Shown: in pieces, positions 26,521 through 37,261 of the stretch | Layout of the letters: the number at the start of each line of letters is the position of its first letter | Position numbering within the stretch: position 1 is the first letter of the stretch | Virus record (IMG/VR): IMGVR_UViG_3300025280_004467 | Location: 6,875-70,874 of that record | Source: a virus | Length of the DNA stretch: 64,000 bases | Direction: 5' to 3' (one strand) | Notes under the pieces: generated by a model | Databases searched by the model: none | Told to the model about the DNA's origin: nothing | The model's input: the letters and a program-made list of their open reading frames with translations, nothing else | Position numbers and translations under genes: made by a program

Positions 26521-29500
26521 ATGTCAATAACAACGACAGAAGACGGAAAAAGTTGGACTGAAAAAAAAGTTGGAGTCCCATGGATTGAAGGAACTGGACT
26601 GAACCAAAAAATATTTGTTGTTACTGATCATATTGAACAAGCAACGTTGGGTTATACCGGTAATTGGAAGTCAGAATATGAGGCCGCCGCCAAAAAAAAG
26701 GCGCTACATGCTTTATTAGCGGAAGACGCCAAAGCCGGCATCACTCAGGAACAGGTAACAAAATTATTACTACTTGTTACTAAAGAATCCGTACCCCATG
26801 TGTCTCCCCGTCCAGGTGATCCAGTTAAATTTCTATTTAGTATGGGATATCTTGAAACTGGCTTTGTTGATACCGGTGATATTGATCTGGAAGTAACTAC
26901 ATGGGATGTAAAGGATTTTGATACGGTTGAATTTAGTAGTTTTATAGAATTTTCAAGAAGGATGGAAGTTCTTGCTTTAAAATATGAAGAATATGAAGAA
27001 AAAACAATAAGTTCAGGAATTGTTTATTTCGGACCAGGTGAGGGATATACAAGTTTTATTTTTAAAGATGAAGCAGAATCTTTAAGAGACGTATATGAGC
27101 AAGTTTGGGAAAGTTTAAAGAAAAATGGTGTAAAAGCTCACGATTCATTTGGGATAATGTTTTCGGCCATCAGCAGCGCGGAAGAAGTAAGCTCTGACGA
27201 AGAGAAATTAAAAGAAGAATGGTTCAAAGACCAATACGGACAACCAGTATCTATTGTTGGATTATTCTCGGGAAGCCCAATGGATATCCTCGCGCCCCCG
27301 ACTTTTTTGCCTAAAGGCTCTTTGAATGATTTTTCTGGTTCTCCATTTAATGATCCGAGAAGATTATGGGTTATAAGACAAATAAAAGATTCAACTGGAG
27401 ATATACAGCCATTTTTAGATCCTAGCGCAACATTATCTCTTGACGCCCCTCCGGGACAATTTCCAGGATTTTCTTCGAAGGACGTTAAATTTCTATGTGA
27501 ATCTCCAGCTTTTGCAAAAGGAATTCCACAATTTACTCATGATGAGTTTGTTAAAAAATATCTACGTCCAAAACCATCTCCAATTCCTGAAGGAATTGCT
27601 TCTCAAGGCTCTGGTAACAAATTTGCACAGTTTAAAGCTGCATTATTTAACTGGGATGAAATTGGTAAAGACTTTACTGCTGTTGGGACTGAGGGTGAAT
27701 TTCTTAAGAAAAACTTCACGAGTGACAACATCTTAAGAGAAGCAGTCGGTAATAGAAGAACAAATATATCAGACTATGTTGGTGATTATTTTATGGGTCA
27801 GCTTCCCGGCCGGCCTAAAAAAATTCGTTCATTGCATGATGCATGGAGGTACTTTTTATCCAGAATGGATCTTCCAACTCTTATTGAAGAAGCACTAGAA
27901 TGTATGTATTTGGATTTTTCTATTGATGACATCGTTGATGTTCTTTGCGACCAAATGTTAGAAAAGTTATTCAAGATTGATTTGGAAAAATTAGATAAAC
28001 TTGCATCAGCAATGGACACTGGTGAATATTCACAGCATGAAATAGCTGGTATATCAAGTTCAGATGTAGCAGCTATTGTAAGATCGGCAATTGGAAAAGC
28101 AGTATCAGAGAATGCAGGTAAAAAATTATCAGAAACAAAATTAGCGGATGAGACAGCCATCGAACTCGCAAAAGCTTTAGATGATGAATTCACCAGCAAG
28201 GGGTGGCGAAGATTTCTTTGCAATGTAATTGTTTATTCCGCTGGTTGGATGTTGGGAAAAGGATTTGGAACAACTTCAGACACAATTAAAAAATTAAAAA
28301 ATCCTGAACTCAACCAAGAAGAAAAAAGTCCGATTCCTCCTTATGAAAAGTGTGATGTTACATTTAAAAGTCTTAATGAAGTTCCAATTGTTGGAACACT
28401 ATATGACATGGCTATGCGCGAGGCACAAAAGAAAATTGATGAAAAAATTCAGCAATGGATTGAAAAAATATTGGTTAGACCTGTTCGTGCAGCTATTTGG
28501 TCTTGGCAGAAATGGTGTATTGAAGATGAAGAAAATAAAGATCATAATTATGGTGGAATTAGTTTAGATGATATGCCCAGATCTCCAAATGATGATACAA
28601 AATTAAAAGAACAGTTTTTTGGAGACACATTTGATTTTGAAACCTTTCTTCGAAATTTATTTGGCGCATTAACTCCTAGAGAAATATGCGGATTAATGAG
28701 TGGCAATAAGCCATCTGATAAAATTGCTCGTTTTGTTGTGCAATATGTTCAGACTTATCCGTTAGCTCCGGAACAATTAAAAAACAAAGTATCTGATGAG
28801 GCAAAAATTGTTTCATTTTTTTCTTCTTTATCAACTTATTTTGACACTTCTGTATGTAAGAATATTGGTGAATATCCGGAAAATCTTATTACTGGGCCAT
28901 GTGATCCTCAAGACCTTAATTATGCAGAAGAAGCATATAGGGAGGCATTGAAAAAATTAGGACTTTCTCCGGAGGATATTGATGAGCAAGTAGAAGAAAA
29001 GAGGAAAATAATCCTTAAGGATATAGCTGATGCAGTTGCAAAATTATCTGAAGATACAACCGGATTAACTGAAGAGTTAGAAAAAGCAATTAAACAAACA
29101 GCGCAGGAGAACTTTAAAAATGCTATAGCTGGCTCAGGTGAAAACGATTCACCAACTGGGTTTTCTATTATTTTAGATACCATATTAGATGCTGTGATAG
29201 CTAGCTTCAAAAGCGATATTGAAAAATTTTATCAAATAATAGCAGCGAATACACCATTTTTTGAACAAGTCTATGATAAACTTTTGGATTTATCTAAACA
29301 AAGAATAATAGGTACAGATATATCGGCGCCCCACGCCATATATGGTAAACCTCTAGAGCACAATGTTTCCAAATGGCACAATTATAATTTAAAAGTAGAT
29401 ACTGATGTTCTTTCGGTTGTTGATGGAACTGCAATATGTGAAGAAATAGCAAGACAAAAGGCGTTAATGAAAAAGATCATGGGCACCGCCGATTGGGAAT

Positions 29501-32500
29501 TATGTCCTCGCCCGGGGGAAATGGCCAAGCTAAAAGCCGACAATGCCGAACCCCTTCCACACTGGATGTACGGAGAATATGTAAGAATAGCTTCGGCAAT
29601 GAATTATAAAACATTTCCCCCAGCGGTAAATTGGAACGACATGACCGACGCGGGTTGGTGGTTCCCCTACCTAGGCGGCGCCGGTCTCGCGGGTGAGGTG
29701 TCCACGGTGAAACATAATAAATATTTTCATGGCTGGGCAGAATCGGGAATGGAGGTGATTCCAAACATGTTTGATCCCGCGGGCATGTTGCAACCTCCGT
29801 CTCCTAACTACTTACTTAATTTTACCCAAGAAGAATTAGATGATCTTTTTAGAATCGCTTTTAGATATTACGCAAGATATACATACAATTATAATCTAGG
29901 TTCTACGAGTGCTAATAATACTGAATGGGGTTGGGGAAATCCAAAATCGGAATCCTCGATATTAAGGCCAAAATCTTTGCCCGGAAATGAAGATTTTGAT
30001 AAAGTTGTATTTTATGGCTATTCTTCTTTTCTTATGGACCCGGTTGATTTAAAAGATGAAGATGTGGCAAGTTATCTAGATGATGTTGATTTTAGATGCG
30101 GCCACCGTGGCCCAGGCCCAACCCCAACAGGACATTCTAGCGGAAATGAGTATGATAACCATTTAAATTGGTCAGAATTACTAAGTATAATGCAGACTGG
30201 ACGAGTTTATGCAGACATCCCGCCATCTCTAAGCGCGTTCACCACCAATGCTTTGGGTTTGCCTGGTGCGTATCTGGAAACAGGTCAAACGCGTCACGTG
30301 CTCTATATGGGTCCGGAGGGCTTTCCCACCGAGAACGAAGCGGACAAATATGATCTATTTATAGATTCTGATAAAATAATGGAGGAATTAAGTTGGGGCA
30401 TTTATGGAGGAACAGGGTGGAATCTTAGTTCTACAAAAGAGTGTTTATTAAGAATATTTTTGTTTAGATTTATTGGATCTGATATCACAGGAGGAACAAC
30501 TAATTACACGTGGAACGGCGGCCACCGCGAGGTGGGTACCTACCATGCACGCTACACGTGGCTCCAGGACTGGCAAAACGGCGACCCGATACGCCCGGTG
30601 TATTTTGATCCAGCACCCCGCGCCTTCGGCCCAACGATGTTGGAAGGCGCCTTACCATCTGAGTTTTATGATGAATGGGACATAGACGATTATTCAAATC
30701 TTATTGGCGGACACATGGAAAGAGCACTATATTATTATGAATATGGATTAGATTTTCATCCGGGGTATTCCTATTTTCCTTACAACATTTCTGGTCAATT
30801 AAATTTTATATTTAGTGAAAAGAAAAATGATAGCAATTTCGAAGGCCCTTTTCATAGCTTAACTTTGGATGAATTTAAATTTTCAGAATTGGCGGAAGCC
30901 AATTGGGCAACCCCGGGGTTTAGATATGCACTCGGGAGCGGCGGGCTCTCGAGCGACCTGGCGGAGGAAGTTGGAGAACAGCAACCCGTAGCTCAAGATA
31001 CACCATATTATGGCCCTATTATTCATGAGGACGGACCACTTGAAGGTCAAAAAGTTCCCCTTTGGCAAATCATGTCGAAGCCCGAGATGGTGAAAATGTT
31101 GGAGTGCCAAGCATATGAACAATCTATAGCAGGCCAGCTTGATTATGAAGGATTGTTTAATTTTGGCTTGCTGTCTCAGTTAGATAGTGAAGTAACTGTA
31201 ATTGAAGATGAAAATTCTTATTGTATTATTGATCGATATGGATTTATAAGCAGTTTCACCACCACAAAAAGATATGAAGAAAGAGATAGGTTAATAGGCG
31301 TAGAAGTAGATCTTACAATTCCAGAAGACGCAAAAGATTATACGAATGATCAAGCAGGCAGATATAAAAAAATAGTTGATATATTTGCTGACACTGAAAT
31401 AATGGGCCCAGATACAATAATTCCTGGACCAAGTTTATCTCAAACTATAGATAAAAGTTATGCTTTGCAGCCTCAAGTTTTTCAAAAATATTTGATTAAT
31501 AAAATCAAAGATGGGCCCGTAGCAATGAGAGATTATGGAACCCCCAGCACTACAGGTTGGGAACCCGAATCCGGCAAAACTATTTTTCACCATCTTATAA
31601 CTAAGTTGGCCGGCGGCTGGGCCGGTTCAGGAGATCCTCCGCAAGGATGGAATTATGATCCCGTCTCACCATATAATCTATATGCGATTTTATTTAGACA
31701 CGTAATAAAACATATTTCTTCTTTAGCATATGCGCAAAAAAATATCTTAAAAGATTTTTTGGAAAATATAGACATTGCTAAAATGCAATTTTCTTTGGAT
31801 TCAATTAAAAATAAGGCAATAAAAGATTATCAGTCGTTGGTAGATGAATCTGATCCATGGACCGGGCAAAATCTTCCTTCTATAGAGGACCTTATGTTGG
31901 CGGTTGATGACGAAGGCCGCGGCGGCATCGCCGCTAGAGTGCTTATTAAAATTTTAATATTAGAATATTTTACACGAGCAGTAGGAATGACAGTTGTATT
32001 TAATTTGAAAGATAGTATGGAAGACGATATAATAATGAATTTTTTCACAGCAGAAATATCGAACCCGGTGATGCAGTTTTATGCAGATCAAACAACAGAT
32101 CCAAAGGTTCTTTTTGGTTTAATGTTCAAATTAGAAAAGTTAATAAAGACAACTTTGGAAGAAGGAATGGAGGATGTTATTAATTTATTTACAAGTTTAT
32201 ATTCGATTGAAGGATATGATAGTGCTATAGATCAGGTTGTTTTGAAGAATGAACAAATATATGATTTAGCAAAAATGTATAATGAACTTGAAGTTGCTGA
32301 ATTCACAACCGGGCAGCAAACGCCCATGAACAGATTAAGAATATCAGAAGATATTATATCACCATTCACGACGTCTGATCAGATAAGTTCTTTAACATAT
32401 GCTGAACCAAGATTTTCGCACCCTGTGGTGACCTCCCCCGACGACCAAGGCTGGGTAACGACCTGGCACACTTATGAAAATGAGGGCTTTATTTTAGAAA

Positions 32501-35010
32501 AGTATATAAAAATTAAATTTCATCCGATGAATAAAATGTTCAGTAACTTAGTTGATGCAGGGTACACCGCGGAAGAATCTACCGAAATGGCGGATAAAAT
32601 ATTTAAACTTCCCATTGAATATAGAGGTGAAATGTATTTCGACGATCCCGGCAAGCCAGTTTATATGAACATAGAAGACTTTCAAGAAGCTTTTGGGATC
32701 AAAGCGGCTGGTTCTCTTGATGGTTCGATATTTGATTGGAAACAGACCCCGGGCCTCGGCTTCCCGGATGATTTTGCTGATGCAATTGATGAACTCTCTA
32801 AGGATTCTAATTGGGAAACATTGGGCTATGAAACTCAGGGTGCGGTCGCCATACAAGAAGAATTAGCATTTTTAGAGCAGTTGTGCACTATTGCGCAAAT
32901 ACCCGCGGCATCGATGGCTCAAGGTAGCATTCCTGGTATTGTGACGATGGACTGGGCCGATTTATCAGTGACAAACATAGCCTTCGCACCAGATGATTAC
33001 ATGCTCGGTGTCGGAGTTGAAGAAGAAACATATTATTTGTTAAATCAAATGTCAACAGGTGATCCTCGTTTTATCGACACCGGCCAAGATAAGTTGGGTC
33101 AAACTCGGCCACATGCTTATAAGTATCTTGAACATTTAAATGGCGGCCAAGTTTATTATAATGGTGGAGTAAGTGAGAAGGATGGTTATATGAGGTCCTG
33201 CCTTGAAAAGGGCGCCCTGACTAAACCGCAATATTGGTCCGGACGCGCCTATCTTCCTCTTTTTTCACAAGATGTCTTTTCATTTATTTCAGAAGAACAT
33301 AGAACATTGTTAACAAATATTGCTTTTAGGTATTACACAATGAAATATTTTGGGGACTATACTGGATTTAAGATTCGAAACCCATGGGAGTTGGCGGGAA
33401 CAAGCAAGGGGAGAGAAATTTTAAGTATAATTTTTCATGGAGATCGGGTTAGTGTTCCGGCGTTGATCAACGGTACTGCAACTTCTTTCGATAATTCTTC
33501 TTTGGAAGTGGGAGAATTTTATGGAGAAGCAAAGGGAATTGCTGAAATGATGTTCCCCAAAAGGCACAAGGGGGGTAACTGGAGTCTCACTGTAGGTAAG
33601 AATGAAGAAGGTACAAGGGACCTCGACCGCTTTGACTTGGCAAAGACCAGCAAGGCGGGTTCGGACACCAAATGGGAGCACGCTGGTATGTGGTTCGAAG
33701 ACCCCATCGCGAAAGTTCCTAATATTTTCCAATCGTTCCTACGAGCCAGCGACCCCGCCGGGAACGTCCTCGGGCCACCGGCGGGTACCGGATCTCCTGA
33801 CTATTACACTCCCATTGAAAAAGATGTGTTCTTACCACTCTGGACCTTCGATTACGACACTGACAGCACGTGCTCAATAACCATGGGTTCGCCAATATGG
33901 ACCAGAACTACGACCACGCAGCTTCCCCCTGATGTGGCTCCATTCTTAGGAGAAGACTACGCCTGGTCGCTTATTGAGCCACAGGTGACATTGTTCCAAC
34001 AGACTGTTGGCCCTATGTTCCAGACCCAGGAGGAATTCGAAAGATATATGTTATTTGGTTTGTTTTTTGGATTTGATGCCGGATCGGATAACAATTGGCG
34101 CATGCTCAAAAATCAATCGACCAATGGTGCAGACGTTTTTGAGTTTGGCCAGAATCCCTTCTTCCAGAATTGGACCACATCTTACCAAAGAGATCTTTAT
34201 CTTGCAATGAAATTATATAAAAATGGAATGCCGGAAATAGGACTTACTACGAGTCCAATTGATATATTCACAAATGGTGTGTTAATAACAGATACTTTAC
34301 AATTTGCTCAAGAAGTTTCTGGAGAGTCGTGGGGAAGTCAGATGTCAACTTTTGCCGAGGAAGCCGCATATGGAGTTAGGTTGTCATGTCTTCTCCCTCG
34401 GAATATCCAACCCGCGAATGCAACGTTGGTGGGCGAAACTGGAGAATTTTGGGAAAGGCCTTTATCTAAAAACAAACAAAACAATGATCAAAATGAGTCA
34501 TTTTATGATTTTGTGAGTCATTCGACTTACGGAGTCACTCCGGGCTATACAGAGAGTCTCTTAACTATCAAAAGACTTAAGGCATATGCAATAAGAGAAA
34601 TGATTAGGCTTAACTCCAACCCCGAGGCAGAAAGCCCAATGTACATGGATGGAACCACACCAGGAATGTTAACATTCCTACTTCCCCTTCTCGAAGAAGA
34701 ACATGATGTTACAAATTCAACAACTCTTTTGTCGCTATTGTCAGACAATTGGTACGAAAAAACAAATTGGAAGCAAGATGATAGAACAAATGACTTGTCT
34801 CTATATAATGAAATGAAAAAAAGAAAAGAATTTAGATTATTGTTTGATTATATATTTCCAGTTAAAAGAATGTTATCGTTGGTAACAATACACAATTTCT
34901 TAAGTTTGAGCGGAATTATTAGCCAATCTGCTGGAGCAGCAGAGCCAAAGGATGTTTTTGCAGCAACTAAAAAATTACTTTCTGACCTTTCATTATCCAA
35001 TAAATCTTAG
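26521..35010 (+). CDS. Giant (2829 aa) probable virion/baseplate-associated protein of unknown function
   Basis: Uninterrupted 8.5 kb ORF between the spike and gp25 genes; helical regions interrupted by GC-richer W/Y/G-rich blocks. Confidence 0.7.
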   Translation: MSITTTEDGKSWTEKKVGVPWIEGTGLNQKIFVVTDHIEQATLGYTGNWKSEYEAAAKKKALHALLAEDAKAGITQEQVTKLLLLVTKESVPHVSPRPGDPVKFLFSMGYLETGFVDTGDIDLEVTTWDVKDFDTVEFSSFIEFSRRMEVLALKYEEYEEKTISSGIVYFGPGEGYTSFIFKDEAESLRDVYEQVWESLKKNGVKAHDSFGIMFSAISSAEEVSSDEEKLKEEWFKDQYGQPVSIVGLFSGSPMDILAPPTFLPKGSLNDFSGSPFNDPRRLWVIRQIKDSTGDIQPFLDPSATLSLDAPPGQFPGFSSKDVKFLCESPAFAKGIPQFTHDEFVKKYLRPKPSPIPEGIASQGSGNKFAQFKAALFNWDEIGKDFTAVGTEGEFLKKNFTSDNILREAVGNRRTNISDYVGDYFMGQLPGRPKKIRSLHDAWRYFLSRMDLPTLIEEALECMYLDFSIDDIVDVLCDQMLEKLFKIDLEKLDKLASAMDTGEYSQHEIAGISSSDVAAIVRSAIGKAVSENAGKKLSETKLADETAIELAKALDDEFTSKGWRRFLCNVIVYSAGWMLGKGFGTTSDTIKKLKNPELNQEEKSPIPPYEKCDVTFKSLNEVPIVGTLYDMAMREAQKKIDEKIQQWIEKILVRPVRAAIWSWQKWCIEDEENKDHNYGGISLDDMPRSPNDDTKLKEQFFGDTFDFETFLRNLFGALTPREICGLMSGNKPSDKIARFVVQYVQTYPLAPEQLKNKVSDEAKIVSFFSSLSTYFDTSVCKNIGEYPENLITGPCDPQDLNYAEEAYREALKKLGLSPEDIDEQVEEKRKIILKDIADAVAKLSEDTTGLTEELEKAIKQTAQENFKNAIAGSGENDSPTGFSIILDTILDAVIASFKSDIEKFYQIIAANTPFFEQVYDKLLDLSKQRIIGTDISAPHAIYGKPLEHNVSKWHNYNLKVDTDVLSVVDGTAICEEIARQKALMKKIMGTADWELCPRPGEMAKLKADNAEPLPHWMYGEYVRIASAMNYKTFPPAVNWNDMTDAGWWFPYLGGAGLAGEVSTVKHNKYFHGWAESGMEVIPNMFDPAGMLQPPSPNYLLNFTQEELDDLFRIAFRYYARYTYNYNLGSTSANNTEWGWGNPKSESSILRPKSLPGNEDFDKVVFYGYSSFLMDPVDLKDEDVASYLDDVDFRCGHRGPGPTPTGHSSGNEYDNHLNWSELLSIMQTGRVYADIPPSLSAFTTNALGLPGAYLETGQTRHVLYMGPEGFPTENEADKYDLFIDSDKIMEELSWGIYGGTGWNLSSTKECLLRIFLFRFIGSDITGGTTNYTWNGGHREVGTYHARYTWLQDWQNGDPIRPVYFDPAPRAFGPTMLEGALPSEFYDEWDIDDYSNLIGGHMERALYYYEYGLDFHPGYSYFPYNISGQLNFIFSEKKNDSNFEGPFHSLTLDEFKFSELAEANWATPGFRYALGSGGLSSDLAEEVGEQQPVAQDTPYYGPIIHEDGPLEGQKVPLWQIMSKPEMVKMLECQAYEQSIAGQLDYEGLFNFGLLSQLDSEVTVIEDENSYCIIDRYGFISSFTTTKRYEERDRLIGVEVDLTIPEDAKDYTNDQAGRYKKIVDIFADTEIMGPDTIIPGPSLSQTIDKSYALQPQVFQKYLINKIKDGPVAMRDYGTPSTTGWEPESGKTIFHHLITKLAGGWAGSGDPPQGWNYDPVSPYNLYAILFRHVIKHISSLAYAQKNILKDFLENIDIAKMQFSLDSIKNKAIKDYQSLVDESDPWTGQNLPSIEDLMLAVDDEGRGGIAARVLIKILILEYFTRAVGMTVVFNLKDSMEDDIIMNFFTAEISNPVMQFYADQTTDPKVLFGLMFKLEKLIKTTLEEGMEDVINLFTSLYSIEGYDSAIDQVVLKNEQIYDLAKMYNELEVAEFTTGQQTPMNRLRISEDIISPFTTSDQISSLTYAEPRFSHPVVTSPDDQGWVTTWHTYENEGFILEKYIKIKFHPMNKMFSNLVDAGYTAEESTEMADKIFKLPIEYRGEMYFDDPGKPVYMNIEDFQEAFGIKAAGSLDGSIFDWKQTPGLGFPDDFADAIDELSKDSNWETLGYETQGAVAIQEELAFLEQLCTIAQIPAASMAQGSIPGIVTMDWADLSVTNIAFAPDDYMLGVGVEEETYYLLNQMSTGDPRFIDTGQDKLGQTRPHAYKYLEHLNGGQVYYNGGVSEKDGYMRSCLEKGALTKPQYWSGRAYLPLFSQDVFSFISEEHRTLLTNIAFRYYTMKYFGDYTGFKIRNPWELAGTSKGREILSIIFHGDRVSVPALINGTATSFDNSSLEVGEFYGEAKGIAEMMFPKRHKGGNWSLTVGKNEEGTRDLDRFDLAKTSKAGSDTKWEHAGMWFEDPIAKVPNIFQSFLRASDPAGNVLGPPAGTGSPDYYTPIEKDVFLPLWTFDYDTDSTCSITMGSPIWTRTTTTQLPPDVAPFLGEDYAWSLIEPQVTLFQQTVGPMFQTQEEFERYMLFGLFFGFDAGSDNNWRMLKNQSTNGADVFEFGQNPFFQNWTTSYQRDLYLAMKLYKNGMPEIGLTTSPIDIFTNGVLITDTLQFAQEVSGESWGSQMSTFAEEAAYGVRLSCLLPRNIQPANATLVGETGEFWERPLSKNKQNNDQNESFYDFVSHSTYGVTPGYTESLLTIKRLKAYAIREMIRLNSNPEAESPMYMDGTTPGMLTFLLPLLEEEHDVTNSTTLLSLLSDNWYEKTNWKQDDRTNDLSLYNEMKKRKEFRLLFDYIFPVKRMLSLVTIHNFLSLSGIISQSAGAAEPKDVFAATKKLLSDLSLSNKS

Positions 35011-35017
35011 TATAGAC

Positions 35018-35024
35018 ATATTTA
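35018..35024 (+). promoter_or_regulatory. ATATTTA, variant late promoter motif
   Basis: 23 nt before the gp25 ATG, followed by GAGGAG. Confidence 0.35.
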
Positions 35025-35047
35025 TATTTGAGGAGACTTATTAAAAA

Positions 35048-35434
35048 ATGCCATTAGGATTATCGCCCAAACTTCCATTACAGATGGATACAATGGTTGG
35101 TTCTTACGCTCTAAACCGAACTTATTTACAAATGATAAAGCAAAATTTTAAAAATTTGCTATTAACAAATCCAGGTGAGAGAATAATGGACATCAGATTT
35201 GGTGTCGGTCTTAGTAGATTTTTGTTTGAACAAAACTCTGCGGAGGTAAAAGGCCACATAGTGTCCAGTATATCTACACAAGTTAATTTATATATGCCAT
35301 TTATAAAAATAAACCAGATTATATTTCAAGAAGATACAGAAGATCTGCCCGTTGATCCCAATAGTCTGCAAATGACAATTAATTATTCGATACTTCCAAT
35401 TGGGGCTTCTGATTTTGTTGATATAAGTCTTTGA
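35048..35434 (+). CDS. Baseplate wedge subunit, T4 gp25/GPW-like
   Basis: IKQNFKNLLLTNPGERIMDIRFGVGLSRFLFE; YMPFIKI. Confidence 0.9.
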   Translation: MPLGLSPKLPLQMDTMVGSYALNRTYLQMIKQNFKNLLLTNPGERIMDIRFGVGLSRFLFEQNSAEVKGHIVSSISTQVNLYMPFIKINQIIFQEDTEDLPVDPNSLQMTINYSILPIGASDFVDISL

Positions 35435-35438
35435 TATA

Positions 35439-35446
35439 ACTAATTA
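35439..35446 (+). promoter_or_regulatory. ACTAATTA, putative late promoter motif
   Basis: 21 nt before the gp6 ATG, followed by AAGGA. Confidence 0.45.
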
Positions 35447-35467
35447 AGAAAAAGGATTTTTTAAAAA

Positions 35468-37261
35468 ATGGCAAAAAAAACTTTTCCAATCAAATACACT
35501 AGTCGTGAATTTAGTACAATTAAAAGTGATTTAATTGATTATGTTCAAAGATATTATTCAGATGTTTTTCAGGATTTCAATGAAGCGTCTTTTGGTGCTT
35601 TAATGCTGGATACAGTGTCTTATGTTGGTGATATATTATCTTTTTATCTTGATTATCAAACAAATGAGTCTTTTATTGACACAGCCACTGAATTTGATAA
35701 TGTTCTACGATTAGGAAAACAATTTGGATATAAATATAGACAGAACCAAGTTTCCTATGGAGAGGTTAGTTTATATATTTTAGTACCTGCTCAAGGAACT
35801 GGAGTGGGACCTGATACTGATTATTTACCAATGGTCATGAAAAACACAACATTCTCATCTGCAGGCGGAGGAATTTTTACTCTAAATGAAAATGTTGATT
35901 TTTCAAATTCAAATAATGAAATAGTTGTTGCTAGAGCTGATTCTGTTACTGGTAATCCAACATTTTATGCCGTCAAAACAAAAGGTCAAATAATATCAGG
36001 AGAACTACAAGAGGAACAAATTTCTGTTGGCGGATATCAGAAATTCTTTCGTGCAGAACTGGCCTCTCCAAATTTAACAGAGATTTTATCAGTACATGAT
36101 GCAGAAGGGCATGAATATTTTGAAGTTGATTATTTGTCACAAAATATTATTTATCGTTCTTTAATCAATAGAAATTCGGATAGCGACGAAGTGTCTTCAG
36201 TTCTTAAAGCTTATCCAGTGGCAAGAAGGTTTGTTGTTGATCAGGAAAAAAATAGAACATTTTTGCAATTCGGACATGGTTCAGATTCAGAAATATTTAA
36301 TGATCCCATTGCAGATCCAAGTGAGATATTATTGAAAGTTCATGGTAAAGATTATGTTGCTGATGCTTCTTTTGATCCTTCAAATTTGGTAGCGACAGAT
36401 AAATTCGGCGTTGCACCATCTGACACGACATTAACAATTGTTTATAGAACTAATACTGTTGCAAATTCAAATGCTGCCTCAAATTCAATTAGAAATATTA
36501 TAAATCCGGTTGTTACTTTTAAGGACAGAAAATCACTGTTGCCCGATAACACTCAAACGGTTATTGACAGTCTAGAGGTAACAAACGAAAAGAGAATTTT
36601 AGGAGATGTCAGTACTCCAACGTTGTCAGAATTAAAAACTAGAGTTAAAGGAACTTATGCAGCTCAAAATAGAGCAGTGACGCAAGAAGATTATATGAGT
36701 GTAATTTATTCTATGGCATCAGAGTATGGTTCAATTAAAAGATGCAACATTGTACAAGATAATGATTCATTTAAAAGAAATATTAACATTTACATTGTAA
36801 GTGAGGATGAAAATAACAAACTAGTAAACCATACACAATCTTTGGAAGATAATTTGATAACTTGGTTAAATAGATATAAAATGATAAACGATACTATTGA
36901 TATTCTCCCTGCAAAGATTATTAATTTTGGAATAGAATTTAGTGTTATTGGAGATTTGGGAATTAATAAATATGATGTGTTATCCACAATAACTGATGTC
37001 TTAAATGGGGTTTTTGAAAGAACGTTTGATATTGGCGAACCATTGGTAATAAGTGATTTAGCAAAAATTATCAATAGTGTTAAAGGCGTTGTAGACACAG
37101 TAGATGTGAAAATAGTGCAAAAAACAGGAGCAGATTATTCAGATATAAGTTTTGCTATTACAGATAATATAACTGCAGACGGAAGATTTTTGGAGGTTCC
37201 CGCGGATTGCATTCTAGAAGTTAGACATCCGGCAAATGATATTAAAGGGACTATTAAATAA
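35468..37261 (+). CDS. Baseplate wedge protein, T4 gp6/baseplate J-like
   Basis: YTSREFSTIK, DFNEASFG.LMLD, LSFYLDYQ.NE.F..TA, LQFG.G, AQNRAVTQEDY. Confidence 0.9.
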   Translation: MAKKTFPIKYTSREFSTIKSDLIDYVQRYYSDVFQDFNEASFGALMLDTVSYVGDILSFYLDYQTNESFIDTATEFDNVLRLGKQFGYKYRQNQVSYGEVSLYILVPAQGTGVGPDTDYLPMVMKNTTFSSAGGGIFTLNENVDFSNSNNEIVVARADSVTGNPTFYAVKTKGQIISGELQEEQISVGGYQKFFRAELASPNLTEILSVHDAEGHEYFEVDYLSQNIIYRSLINRNSDSDEVSSVLKAYPVARRFVVDQEKNRTFLQFGHGSDSEIFNDPIADPSEILLKVHGKDYVADASFDPSNLVATDKFGVAPSDTTLTIVYRTNTVANSNAASNSIRNIINPVVTFKDRKSLLPDNTQTVIDSLEVTNEKRILGDVSTPTLSELKTRVKGTYAAQNRAVTQEDYMSVIYSMASEYGSIKRCNIVQDNDSFKRNINIYIVSEDENNKLVNHTQSLEDNLITWLNRYKMINDTIDILPAKIINFGIEFSVIGDLGINKYDVLSTITDVLNGVFERTFDIGEPLVISDLAKIINSVKGVVDTVDVKIVQKTGADYSDISFAITDNITADGRFLEVPADCILEVRHPANDIKGTIK

